A DNA stretch of 64,000 bases from the NCBI RefSeq assembly GCF_009914755.1, contig NC_060942.1. One strand, given 5' to 3'. Within the stretch, counting starts at the first letter, position 1. Each line of letters starts with the position of its first letter. The position numbers and the translations under genes are program-made. This document shows positions 1-13,348 of this stretch, piece after piece. Below the pieces are notes generated by a model, which saw only the letters and a program-made list of their open reading frames with translations, had not been told where the DNA came from and made no database searches. This stretch comes from the human T2T-CHM13v2.0 reference genome, Homo sapiens.

Positions 1-420
1 CACCTGCCCCATAATGATTTAAATTGAGATAAAAACTAAGGTGTATATATTGCATTTGGTTGTTGTATCTCTTAAATTGCTTTTAGTCTATGAGTTGCAC
101 CATTCCTCCCCATGCCCACCCATTTTCCTTTCCTTGCCATTTATTTGCTGGAGGAACTGAGCTGTCTGTCCTGTAGCATTTCTGATACTCCAGAATTTGC
201 TGATTGTATCCTTGTGGTTCATTTAATATGCTCCGTTGTTCCTTTATATGATGCAATAGGAAATACACAATGCACAACCCCACTTGTGAAGCATTCTTGT
301 CAAAAATTTAAATCAAATAGGCGCTTAAATAGATTTGATTTAAACATTTGATAACAATGCTTCACAAGTGGGATTGTGCATTGTATATTTCTATTGCATC
401 ATAGGAAGAAGAAAATGTCT
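1..420 (-). mobile_element. Old L1 (L1MC/ME-like) 3' end fragment containing a fold-back inverted duplication
   Basis: Resembles antisense L1MC 3' UTR (tgcatttggttgttgtatctctt...ctgtcctgtagcatttctgatactccagaatttgctgattg); recognised from memory, boundaries approximate. Confidence 0.5.
247..403. repeat. Long inverted repeat, ~72-bp arms and 14-nt loop
   Basis: 247-318 (tatgatgcaataggaaatacacaatgcacaaccccacttgtgaagcatt...aaatcaaat) is the near reverse complement of 333-403. Confidence 0.92.
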
Positions 421-689
421 GAGATCTGTAAGTCTGTGACCTTTAGTCACTGAGGTTTCCTAGAGGCCCACCTAATGAAACTCCAGTCTCAGGTTTGTAA
501 GTCTCATCTTTATGACACTTTCTTTTGAGTTTCTATGGGCTCCTTGGCCACCCCTCACACATTCTTACATTAGATGCCTTCACCTTGGTGTCTGGCTAGA
601 AATATTGCAGAAGACATAACGCAAAGCTAGATAACACTTCTCATTTCCTCTTTTAGATTACAAAATATTTCAAATATAAAAGAAAGTAT

Positions 690-3600
690 GAGAGAGTGAT
701 ATCAGCAAAAATGGGAGAGTAGGGAATTCCAAGGGCCCATCCCTCCACAGAAACATCAAATAAACAAGCAAAAACTGTCACAATCAACATTGTCAGAAGT
801 CTGGAAAATTGTCAACAGCATTAGTCTATAGTGCTGGTCTCCAAAAACCAAGTGAATGTTGAATGAAGGAAAAGATGACTTAAACATGGTAGAATAGCTT
901 TGTGGTGTTTTAACTTAGCTTTGTCCTACTCCTCTCCCTTTCCTAGCATGCTGGCAGTTTTAAGATGCAACCCATATTCCTGATGGGGGTGCCTAGTTCC
1001 AGAGGGAGCAGAGCAGACCTAGTTCCTAAAGAATTGTGTTTGTCTGGGGATCCCTTGAAGGACTGACACAGGGTGTTTGCTTTGGTTTTATCTAACTTAG
1101 AACTCTTTCAGTGCAGAAAAGTTGCTAAGCAGAGGGGTTCCTTGAAAACACCAATAGGCAAATGAATGAGCTGTTGCTGCCTTGGGTAAAAGACTACAGT
1201 TGGGTCAAACAATAAACATGCTACAACCTAGGAGAAAAAGCCAGGGAAAGAGTTACTTTGGGGAATAGGGATTTGGTAATCTCCTGCATATAACAGGAAA
1301 TCTAGAAAGTCATGTGCATGCCCAGGGCAGGGTGCATACCCAGAAAAGACCTGAAAAGCCCCTTAGCTCTCACCTCTGGCTGACTTTTAGGCTCAGTGTG
1401 AGCAGGAAGTGAAGGCTAAGGCAGAGCTGTAAATGGCCTGGCTAAGTGTGGAAGGAGTATCCCTAACACAGACCCAATCTGCAAAGACCAGGAGACTATT
1501 ATTTTTTTTTCTTTTAAGAAAATCTCTGTGAAACCACTAGCTGACCAAAAGCTAAAGAAACAACAGAATTAAGAGGCCATCCACAGCAAACAATAACAAC
1601 AAACCTTGAGGAAGGTGAAGAATCTTATATCCACTTACCACATTTAAATATATAACATGCCCAGTTTCTAACCAAAAAATCACGTGGTGCACAAAGATAC
1701 AAGAAAGTATGGCCAATTTGCAGGAAAAAAAGCCAAATGAACAGAAAGTATCCCTGAGGAAGCACAGACATTGTCTTACTAGGCAAAGCTTTAAATCAAC
1801 TGCCTTAAATATCCTCAAATAGATAAAGGCAATCATTGACAAAAAAATTAAAAGAAACCAGACAAATAATGCCACAAAAATATCAATAAAGAAATTGAAT
1901 TATATAAAGGAAGCAAATAGGAATTCTGGAGCTGAAAAATACAATAACTGAAATGAAAATTTTACTAGAGCTTCAACAGCAGATTTATGCAGGCAGAAGA
2001 AAGAATCAGTAAACTTGATGAGCTCATTGAAATTATCTAGTTTGAGGAACAGAAAGAAAAAAAATGAAGACATGTGAATAGAGCATAAAGAACTGTGGAA
2101 TAATTTGCAGTATTCTAACATATGCATTATGAAAGTCCCAGAGAAAGAAAGGGATGGAAAGAATATTTGAAGAAAGAGTAGCCTCACATTTCCCAAATTT
2201 GATTTTAAAGAAGCTCAAAGAACTCCAGACACATAATCAAACCATCAAAAGACAAAGATGAAGAAAATCTTGAAAGCAGGAAGAAAAAAAATCTTAAAAG
2301 CAGGAACAGAGAAGAGAGACATTCCTAGATAAACAAAAAAGCTGAGGGAGTTTTCTGCCTATAGACCTGAAAAAGTCCTTCAAACTATAATGAAAATAAT
2401 TCTAGTACCTAGACAGTATCTCAAAGCTATATGAAAAATAAAGAGCAATAATAATAAAAAGAAAGAACAATGGTAAAGATAACTATGTAGGTATTATATT
2501 AGTATATGATCGTATTTTTGATTTGTTATGCTTCATTATTTTTGTTTAAGGGTAGACACACAGACCAATAAAATAGAATGAATAGTACAAACCTATACAT
2601 CTGTGGTCAACTGATTTTTGACTAGGATGCCAAGACCACATGGTAGGAAAAGAATAGTCTTTTCAACAAATGGTGCAGGGACAACTGGATATTCACATGC
2701 AAAATACTATTAATAAAATTGGATTCTACTTCACACCATAGATAAAAATTACTTAACATCGATCAGAAATCTAAATGTAAGAGCTAAAACTATAACACTC
2801 TTGGAAGAAAACATAGAGGTAAATCTTCATGACCTCACATTTGTCCATGAATTCTTAGAAATGACACCAAAGCCACAAACAACAATTAGACTTCATCAAA
2901 ATTTAAAACTTCTGTGCTCTAAAGAATTATATCAAGAGAGTGAAAATACAATTCATAGAATAAGAGAAAGTATTTGTAAATTATATGCCTGAAAGGGTCT
3001 AGCATCCAGCACAACCTAACAACTAAAAGACAACTCAATTTAAAAATGGGCAAAAGACTTCAATAGACATTTCTCCAAAGAAAATACACAAATTACCAAC
3101 AAGCACATGAAAAGATACTCAATATCATTAGTCATTATGGAAATGCAAATCAAAACCACAATGAGATAACACTTCATGCCCACTAGAATGGCTATTTTTA
3201 AAAATGGAAAATATTTAGGCATTGATAGCACCCATCAGATGGCCAAATTATTATTTACTGGACCAGGCCTTTTCAAAATTATCAAGCAGATAGTCAGGGC
3301 CCGTAAAGTGTGCCAAAGAAATAATCCCCTGTACTGCAGGCCATACATTTCAATCCCTGTATCTTTAACCTCCTTGTTAAGTTTGTCTCTTCCAGAATCA
3401 AAGCTGTAAAACTACAAATCATTCTTCAAATGGAGCCCCAGATGCAGTCCATGACTAAGATCTACCACAGACCCCTGGACCAGCCTGCTAGCCCATGCTC
3501 CAATGTTAATGACAGCGAAGGCAACCCTCCCAAGGAAATCTCAACTGCACAACCCCTACTATGCCCCAGTTCAGCAGGAAGCAGTTAGGGCGGTCATCAG

Positions 3601-4480
3601 CCAACCTCCCCAACAGCACTTGGGTTTTCCTGTTCAGAGGGGGTACTGAGAGACAGGACTAGCTGGATTTCCTAGGCTGACTAAGAATCCCTAAACCTAG
3701 CTGGGAAGGTGACTGCATTCACCTTTAAACACGGGGCTTGCAACTTAGCTCACACCTGACCAATCAGAGAGCTCACTAAAATGCTAATTAGGCAAAAACA
3801 GGAGGTAAAGAAATAGCCAATCATCTATTGCCTGAGAGCACAGTGGGAGGGACAAGGATCAGGATATAAACCCAGGCATTCGAGCCGGCAACGGCAACCC
3901 CCTTTGGGTCCCCTCCCTTTGTATGGGAGCTCTGTTTTCACTCTATTAAATCTTTCAACTGCAAAAAATAAAAATAAAAAAATTAAAAAAAAGGAAAATA
4001 ACAATATTGGTGAGGATGTGGAGAAATTGGAACCCTTCTACAATGCTGGTGGAAAGGAACAAAAACTAGTGCAGCCCTGTGGAAAACAGTTTGGCAGTTC
4101 CTCAAAAAGATAAACTTAGAATTACCATATGATCCAGCCAGTCCACTCCTAGGTATATAAGTAAAACAATTGAAAACAGGTATTCGAACAAATATTTATA
4201 CACAAATGTTCATTGCAGTACTATTTACAGTAGTTGAAAACAATTGGAGGTTCCTCAAAAGCTAAACATAGAATTACAATCTGACTTCTAGTTATAGACT
4301 TAAAATAATTGAAAACATGGACTCAAACAGAAATGTGTGTGCCATTGTTCCTTACAGCACTATTCACCGTAGCCAAAAGGTAGAAAAAACACAAGTGTCC
4401 ATGAACACGTGAAATAATCAACAAAATGTGGTATCCATACAATGGAATATTATTCAGCCATTAAAAGAGTTATGGTTGCA
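690..4480 (+). mobile_element. Degraded L1M elements: 5' and ORF1 remnants, ORF2 3' part and 3' UTR, interrupted by the HERV-W retrocopy
   Basis: A-rich sequence with L1 ORF2/3' UTR hallmarks (ttttcaacaaatggtgc, atgggcaaaagacttcaatagacatttctccaaag, gaaatgcaaatcaaaaccacaatgagata, ggaaaacagtttggcagttcctcaaaa); no intact ORF. Confidence 0.8.
3214..3990 (+). mobile_element. HERV-W (HERV17/LTR17) processed pseudogene: pol-IN fragment, env fragments, PPT, U3-R, poly(A)
   Basis: 3355-3588 translates to PCIFNLLVKFVSSRIKAVKLQIILQMEPQ...PSSAGSS*, a syncytin-1-like env C-terminus. LTR begins TGAGAGACAGG at 3647, TATAAA 3865-3870, ATTAAA 3945-3950. It ends at CA 3962-3963 followed by an A tail with no U5. 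TSD aaaaa(t/a)ggaaaata at 3200-3213 and 3987-4000. Confidence 0.93.
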
Positions 4481-7475
4481 CAAATCTATGAATGTAATAG
4501 AAACATTTGTATGCCTAAAAACCTTATACTCAGGACCAAAATTGAAGTTCATTCACTAACCCCTGAATGACCAGTATACAGCTTACTTTGACTATTAACT
4601 CTGGGAGAGTGCTAATGAAAAAAAATGGTGTATAGGGAGGGTACATTCTCACAAGAAGTAGACTCAAGGTGCTGAAGTTCTGGGCAAATTTCTAGCATCA
4701 GCCATGGATTTGATGTGAGGCTGGGGTCTCCTGGAATAGCTCTGGTTGCTCCTGAAGGGAAGGTTCATGAGCTTTGCTTAAAGCCATTCTAATTTGCTTT
4801 CAAACCTGTTTGATTTCAGCTAGGAAAGTGTTGCAGTTAGCAATCCTGATTGTGACAATTATAAGCCCAAATATAGCATTTACTCTGCTGTAGAGATACA
4901 GTGGTAGTGTTGAGACTAGCTCAGGGCAACACTGCATCATAAGGACGGTGAGAGATTTAATACCTATAAGGCTGTTCTCTTCTCACTCTCAACTGTTCCT
5001 TCCATGTTTTAAATTAAATATTTCCCCCTTTTCTATTCTTCCCTTCCTTCCATTCCACAGCTTCTCTCCTTGGCGCTGTTTCCCATCCACCAGCTCAAGA
5101 TCATTCCAGTGTATCTGATGAGATCTCAGACTTTCAGAAAAGCGATTCTTGGAATGCCATCTGGCTAACCATTAGATATGTCCAGACGGACACTTTGCGG
5201 ATTGTCTTCAGGAAGGAAGAAAAATAGAAGGGAGTCTCAGAACTATTTATACAATTATCCTGCAGGCTTTGGCCTGGAAAACAAGAAACTAGGACTTTCA
5301 GGTTTTTGATTGCATTTCTTCTTTCCTGTATTTCATAAAGTTTAAATTATAACCATCTGTTTCAGAAGATATAAAAATCCTGATTCCATCTTCTTCCACG
5401 TTAACAGAATACTAACCCTGTAGGGAACCTTATATCAACGGAGGCACTCAATGATAACTATAGTAAAATCACAGGGAAAAACAAGCACCAAGCTGCAGTT
5501 CATTGCCTGTCCTGCCTACCTCATTGGCCTCCTGCACCTGCTGATAAAAGGGGCATCTCTCTCTAGAAGGCATCTCATCAGGCAGATGTTTCCCTGTGTA
5601 GCTGTATTGACACTGACACTATGTTTTCTGCTTATTTGATGATGGTGTTGAGAAGGAAGAGGATGGCAATGATGATGAAACCTCTTTTTCTTCCAACTCT
5701 CATTAGACCATTATTCTTTTGCTCATCTTTAATTCTCAAAATATCCCCAAATCATTCCTGGTGAATTCATAGGCATTTCACACTTTGTGATTAATTTAAT
5801 TTGCTTGCAGCCTTACCGCCTATAGGACAGCGTGGGTGTGAAAAACACCACTCTAAAATTCACCATCTGCAATGAGTCTTACCCTATTCCCCACTCCGTC
5901 ACTTCTCCCCTCTCGATTCTGTATGTAATCCTCTGTATCTTTCCAATAAGCTGGAGGCAAGACATGACATTATGGCCACATAAAATCGCCTTTTCTTATG
6001 GTCCAGGGACGCTTTGTGCTGTTTTTGGTTAATGTGTTAGACTCCAATCTTCTCTCTCAATAGGCTTTCTGTCTTCTCTAGGAAACAGTTTATTTTTCTT
6101 TTCTTGCCGTTAATAAACCTTTATTGAGCACCAACACAGCAACACAGTTGAGCCCCAAACCAGCAAAGCACTGTGCTGGATACTGGAGATATGGAAGTAA
6201 ACAAAACCCGGTTTTTATCCTACAGCAACCAAAACCTAAAGGAGAACAAATCATGCAAAGAAATACCTAAAATACAATGAAACAAGAGTTCACAAGTGAA
6301 GAGTTCGGTAGTGTGGAGGAGGAATGATTCACAAACTATAGCATCTTTATTTTTTTCTTCTCTCACATGACTTTCTAATATTTGATGGTGAATTTCTTCT
6401 TATTTTACTATTTCATATTTCTTTAAAATCTCTCTGTTTTTAAGGCATGTGTTTTTCATTTTTTATAACACTCTACCTACCTTTGGGGGTCTCGCAGATA
6501 AATATAACCTTTATTCTGTCTGTTGGATCTGTGTGGGATATAGAAATCAGGTAAAAAGAAAGATTTGCAGTGGGTAGAAACGCAGCCTCTTGCTGGCTTA
6601 CAAAACCGTGCAGGTGCCGCCAAGCGCTGGGATAAAATATGCAGTTGAGTCACACACCATGGTCGTGGCAGATATGCTGCAGGCTCTTAGGAGGAAGAGA
6701 CAACAAAATGAGTCAGAATGAATGAGAGGAAAACCTCCCCCTCCAGCCAGAAAGAGAAAGCCTGGGAGGCTAGACAAGTTTTATTAACACGTCTTTCAAG
6801 AGAATAGCAGAGGCACGCTCTGACATTACTCAATGTCGGCCTCACTGTCAAGGTGAAGCATGTTTAAGAAAACATGCTTTTGAAAACAAGTGGGATCCAC
6901 TCAAAACATCGTTCCCTCCTATTAGGACACTAAGCCCATCAGGGGGCTAACACAAATGTCTTAGAACAAAAAGCAAACATTTTAAAGAGGTTTGCTGAGG
7001 GCTGGGAGATGGAGAGGAGCGAGGAAATAGAGAAGTATATTACCTGAGAAAGATCAGAGAACATAAAATCTCTTTTTATCTTGAAAAAGGAATCATGTGT
7101 TTGTATAAGAGGAGTAATTAACTGCTTATTAATGAACTGAATGAAAGGAATATTAGAATTTTCTGGAAAATATTTAAGGCCTTGGCTGAACTAACAAAAT
7201 GACCCACCCCTGGGGGGTCACCCCTTGACTGAACTAACAAGAGGACCCACCCACCATACCTGAGGGGGGTGCACCTTGAGAAGGACTCCTTGCACTGACT
7301 GGGTATTTCAGGTGAACTAGCGACTCACCTCTGGGAAAAGAGCCAAGAAGCTTAACTGCCTTTTTAAAGATAGTGTCAGAGGCAAAGGTGAGTCAACACA
7401 GCAAGCTCTCTGTCCCTTGGGGCCAACGTGCATAATGCTATTGTAGTAACTGAAGTGAAAACCCAGGCTGTCATT

Positions 7476-7743
7476 CCACCACTTTTGAGGCCAAGGCAAG
7501 AGGACTGCTTGAGGTCAGGAGTTTGAGATCAGCCTGGGCAACATAGTGAGAGCTTGTCTCTAAAATAAGGAAAAATTCAAAAATTAGCTGGACACGGTGG
7601 TGCATGCCTGTAGTCCCACCTACTAGGAAGGCTGAGATGGGAGGATCCCCTAAGCCCAGGAGGCTGCAGTGAGCCATAATGGCACCACTGCATTCCATCC
7701 TGGATGGCAGAGCAAAACCCTATCTTAAAGAAACAAACAAACC
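7476..7743 (+). mobile_element. Alu (AluJ-like)
   Basis: Dimeric Alu body with (AAAC)n tail. Confidence 0.9.
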
Positions 7744-8155
7744 AAAGATTATGCTGTGTCTCACACTTTTGCTCCCAAAGATACTCTTTGTTCCCCGGGA
7801 AATTAGTGATTCTGTGAATCAATGGTAATATTTTCACTTTTTGTCTTTTATAAATTCATTTATTAATTTTATAGATATTCTCTGTGTTAAAAACAATTTT
7901 AGTTGCTAGGGGTATAGCAGTGAACTAACCAGAATGATATCATCATGGAACTTACTGTCTAGTGAATGAATTGTGACTTCTCAAACTACTTTGGTATAAA
8001 ATACAAGGATATATCTTTTGTCTCTTGATTATGTGTTCTGAAATTCTCTTCTTGAATCTTTAGCAGTAAGCTTGTTATTGGCAAAGATAATATTTTGATA
8101 CTATGTTAAGTACATGCCAAGGACTTAACCTTTATGCCCAGGTAATTTGTAAACA

Positions 8156-8418
<263 letters not shown>

Positions 8419-9069
8419 TAACTTTAAGAAAGAAGAAAACTGAAGTCTTAATGGGAAATGAAGTTTTTAATTTTCTTTCAAATTATACCCAAAGCAAGTG
8501 TAACTGTGACTCAATATTTGATATATACTTTAGGAGGGGCAATGCATTTTTATAATGTGATAATTTTTTAAGTTGTTAAAACAGCATCCAAACTAATATT
8601 ATACAGCAAGTTGTGGCCATAGGCCAGGAGGTCCTGGACACAAATCTATCAGAGCAGAGTGTGCTTTGCCTCAGAGCTGCCAAACACAAGGAAAGGATAG
8701 ACGGCAACCGCTACACCACACAAATTTATCCACACATTTAACATCCATGCATTTATCCATGCACTAAGCCTTGCATTGGGCACTGAGGCCATGAAGAGGC
8801 AAATGAATTGGTCCACAAATTCAAAAATCTCACAGCTAAGCAGAGAAGCAGCTTGGTGGGTAGATAAATGCCTGGGCTAGAGCTGTAATGAAAAGGTGGA
8901 CCTAGGGCAAAATGAGCACCATGCAGGGCTGGTTAGCTCTGTCTGAAGGAGGGTGGGACGCAGGTACACCAGTGTTGGAGCTGATCTGCCAGGCAGAGGA
9001 GGGGAAATGTATATTCAAGACAATAGGTGCAGAGGCCATCTGACGTGGGGAGTAGGCCTGAGAAAGACT

Positions 9070-9472
9070 CTATATTCATTTACCAGGGCTGCCATAACAA
9101 CATAGCACAGGTTGGCTTAAACAGCACACTTGTTTTCCCACAGTTCTGGAGGCTGGAAGTCCACAATCACGGTGCTGGCAGGGTGGTTTCCCTTGAAGCC
9201 TCTCTCCTTGGCTCCCAGCTGGCTTCCCTCTTGCAGCCTCTGCCCATGGTCCTTCCTCTGCACGGGCATCCCTAGTGCCTCTCTTGGTGTCCTAATCTGT
9301 TTTCCTTATAAGGACACCAGTCAAATTGGACTTGTGCCTGCCCTAATGGCCTCATTTTAATTTAGTCAACTCTTTAAAAGCCCTACCTCCGACCACAGTC
9401 ACATTCTGGGTATTATTGAAGGCTAGAGCTTCAAGATATAAATTTAGGGGGAACATAATTCAGCCCCTAACA
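9070..9472. mobile_element. MaLR solo LTR (MLT1 family)
   Basis: gggctgccataacaa...cacagttctggaggctggaagtcc...aattcagcccctaaca motifs typical of MLT1. Confidence 0.8.
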
Positions 9473-9699
9473 GATTCTAAAGCAGTAGTTCTCAAAGTGT
9501 GATGCTATGGGCCCCTGGGGGTCTCCAAGGCTCTTTCAGAGGGTCTGCAAAGTCAAGATTATGATCATAAAAATACTAAGATGTTATTTGCCTTTTTCAC
9601 TGTGTTGCCATTTGTAATGATGTTTCGATAGCAATGGGGGATACAACTACAGCTGCCTTAGCATGAATCAGGACAGTGGTGTCCGATGGTTACCATTAG

Positions 9700-10191
<492 letters not shown>

Positions 10192-10863
10192 CTACCACGG
10201 TTAATCTCAAGGAAAAGCACTTGTAGTTTGACTTGCAAGGTGAACTAACTGCTTTCTATATGGAACGCTCCTTTTACTTGAAAGAATGGCAACTAGGGTT
10301 ATTCAGACTTGGCTGTTTGGTAGACATTTTCTGGAAATGAGCCAAGTAAGTTTGTCACTCTAAGGAAAAACAACTGATAGATTTGCTTCTTTTGAGATTT
10401 TAAGCAAAAATTAGATTTTTGCAAGTCTTGTATCAGGCATCATGAGTTTGAGAGCTTCGCAATACTTAAAGATTTTGCAGGTGAGATCAGTGGTGATGTG
10501 AATGGATGTAGTTTTGATATTGTATAATAAAATGAGTCAATATTTAGACGATCCCCACAACTCAGTGAACGAATATTTTCCAAACAGTCCATGCATGATG
10601 TTATAAAATAATGCATGAACATGGATAAAAGATCCTTTCAAATTGCAAAATATACGGATTAATGTAACTAATTGGGGAAATTTCACTCATACAGTTTTAT
10701 AGATTCCACATTGCAACTAAACTTAAGAAACTGCTACTAGTCTACTTTTGGTGAGGTTTCAAATAATATTCACAACTATAAGAAAGGCTGTGACAATTCT
10801 CCCCTCTTTTCCAAACTCATATCTGTACAAGGTCAGATTTTTTTTCACGTAATTAAATTAAAA

Positions 10864-11010
10864 CTCAGCTACTCGGGAGGCTGAGGTAGGAGAATTGCTT
10901 GAAGCTGGGAGGCAGAGGTTGCAGTTGAGCCAAGATCGCACCACTGCACTCCAGCCTGAGCGACAGAGTGAGACTCTGTCTCCAAAAAAAAAAAAAAAAA
11001 CAAAAAAAAA
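10864..11010 (+). mobile_element. 5'-truncated Alu (right arm)
   Basis: cagctactcgggaggctgagg...gactctgtctcc followed by an A tail. Confidence 0.9.
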
Positions 11011-11888
11011 CTCCACAAAAAACGTATTATAACAGATCGAACACAGAAGATATGAGAATCCAGCTGTCAAATAGATGCTAAGCTTCATATTAAAGAGACC
11101 TATAAAAATATAAAATAATGCCAGTTTTCTCACCAAATGTGTTTTGTTTTGGAAAGCAGAACAACAAATGAAAACGCTATTTTTCATAAAAATATGTAAT
11201 TTACGTTAACATACATAAATGGATGAGTCTTTTATTCATGTTCATGCATGATTTAGTATTGCTTTGAAATGATTTAATCAACATTTTCAAAAATTTTTGA
11301 TAGGGTAACTACACAGCTATAATTCACACAAACCAAACCTCTTTGGAGTTCCAATAATAATTTTTAAGAGTATAGAGAGGTCCTGAGTTCAAAAAGTATG
11401 AGAACTACTGCTGTAAAGATACAATTTCCACTGATAAGGCACACTACGGCATGTGGAGAAATAACAGCAAATGATTAACTGAAATTACAAGAAATTTTAA
11501 TTCACTAAAGGCATCTGCCAGACTGCCACCAGGACACGGCTGCCTACTGCAATGGACCCCCATCACTGGGGACCTTGGTGCATGGACCTGTTCAGAGGCA
11601 TCCACACAGCTTTACAACAGCAGCACGGCATATAGATTCTAAAGACATTGCATAACCTGGGAACAATATAAACAACATACATTTACATTATACATTACAA
11701 TATGCATTTCTGGCCTCAAAAGGACAGGAAAAAGTGACCCGGAATGTGGGCTTCAGATGGGCAGGAGAGGTGGTGTGTTTTGGTCACAAATGTTCCCTCA
11801 TGCCTATGACAATGCCTGACTCATAATTGGTTCTCAATAGACTTTTATTGTGTAGAAAAATGAATGTCATGCTAACTTTTATACATTA

Positions 11889-12431
11889 TGTGATGGTTAA
11901 TATTAGGTGTCAACTTGAGTGGACTGAGGAATGCCTAGATGGCTAGTATTGTTTCTGGGTGTGTCTGTGAGGGTGTTGCCAGAGGAGATTGACATTATGG
12001 TGGGTGGGCTAGGAGAGGAGGGCCCACCCTCAATGAGGGTGGATGCCATCCAATCAGTGGCCAGCACAGCTAGAACAAAGCACGGGGAGGAAGGGAGGAT
12101 ACGTTTGCTTGCTGCATCTTCTGGCTCTCTCTTTCTTCCTGTACCAGACCCTTGCTTCCACTCCTCCTGCCCTTGGACATCAGACTCCAGGTTCTTCTGC
12201 CTTTGGATTCTGGTACTTGCACTAGTGGCATCCCAGGGTATCTCGGGCCTTCAGCCACAGACTGAAGGCTGCACTGTTGGCTTCCCTGGTTCTGAAACTT
12301 TCAAACTTGGACTCCACTACCAGTTTCTCTCTTTCCCCAGCTTGCAGATGGCCTGTTGTGGGACTTTGCCTTGTAATCATGTGAGCCATTTCTCCCTAAT
12401 AAACTCCCTCTGGAGAACCCTGACTAGTACA
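11889..12431 (+). mobile_element. HERV-L solo LTR (MLT2A-like)
   Basis: TG...CA termini (tgtgatggttaatatt...gagaaccctgactagtaca), internal AATAAA, perfect 5-bp TSD CATTA at 11884-11888 and 12432-12436. Confidence 0.9.
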
Positions 12432-12779
12432 CATTATAATTAACAATCAGCCATCAGGTATTCATTGGACAGCTCTTCCTAGTAATAAAAATTGGGCTAG
12501 AAACTATAAAACCATATGGCCAAATCATAAAATATGATATATGTTATCAAGGTGTTTATTGTAAGTTGGGAACAGAGACAATTACACAGGGAGAATCACC
12601 ATGAGCTGGAGTGACCAAGGAGCTGTGATTTGAGCTAGGATGAGAAAGGGAAGCAAAGACAGATCTGAAAATCTACATACTGAGGAGAAATGGGAGATAC
12701 TTTTGATTAGAAAGAACTGGATGAAACAATGAAAGACCTTAAAAATTAGGTCATTGACCTGAAAATAATTTCAAAATCA

Positions 12780-12900
12780 AAGCTGGAAGAGAACTTAAAA
12801 AAACGATTCAGTCTCATCTCATATTTTAGAGATGAGGAAGCTGAGGCCTGGGAAGCAGGTGACTTGCCTCAGGGAACAGGTCAGTTTGCAGTACACCCTT
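12780..12900 (-). mobile_element. MIR fragment
   Basis: MIR core ttttagagatgaggaagctgaggc...gtgacttgcctcagg. Confidence 0.7.
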
Positions 12901-13348
12901 GATTCGCAAGAAAGACAACCTTCCATTTGTTCTGACCTCACAGTGTGCAGATCTAACTGAGACCTGTTGCAATAAGCAGTTGAAGACATGATGGTCCCTG
13001 GGCCAAAAGGGTGACATTCACTCCACATCCGCTAATTGTGGAGGGAATGAGCACAGCATTATTTCAGGAACATTCTCCTGTAGCAGGAATGCTGGCAGAT
13101 CTTTGAGCTTCCAAGACAGAATATCTATAATCCAAAATCAAAGTCCTCGACTCTGGAGGTAGCAGTGAGATTGGAGATGAAGAATTAAATCTGAAATACA
13201 GGAATTAGTGACAGTTTGCAAACTGAAATAAAGGATCCAAAATGCTCAGAGGTGACCTCCAAGGCATTCAGATTCCCAGAAGGGAGACCTGACAACACGC
13301 ATTTGAAGGTAGTGATGGGAAAACAGCCAAACCGTTTTCTGATCTCAC

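Noticed and set aside
3176-3409. 77-aa L1/pol/env chimeric ORF
   Set aside because: Accidental fusion across the insertion and deletion junctions; no evidence of expression.
4085-4380. ~150-bp diverged tandem duplication in the L1 3' region
   Set aside because: Old and highly diverged; likely part of L1 subfamily structure or adjacent fragments.
11931-12443. 170-aa ORF
   Set aside because: Lies within the MLT2 LTR; chance ORF.
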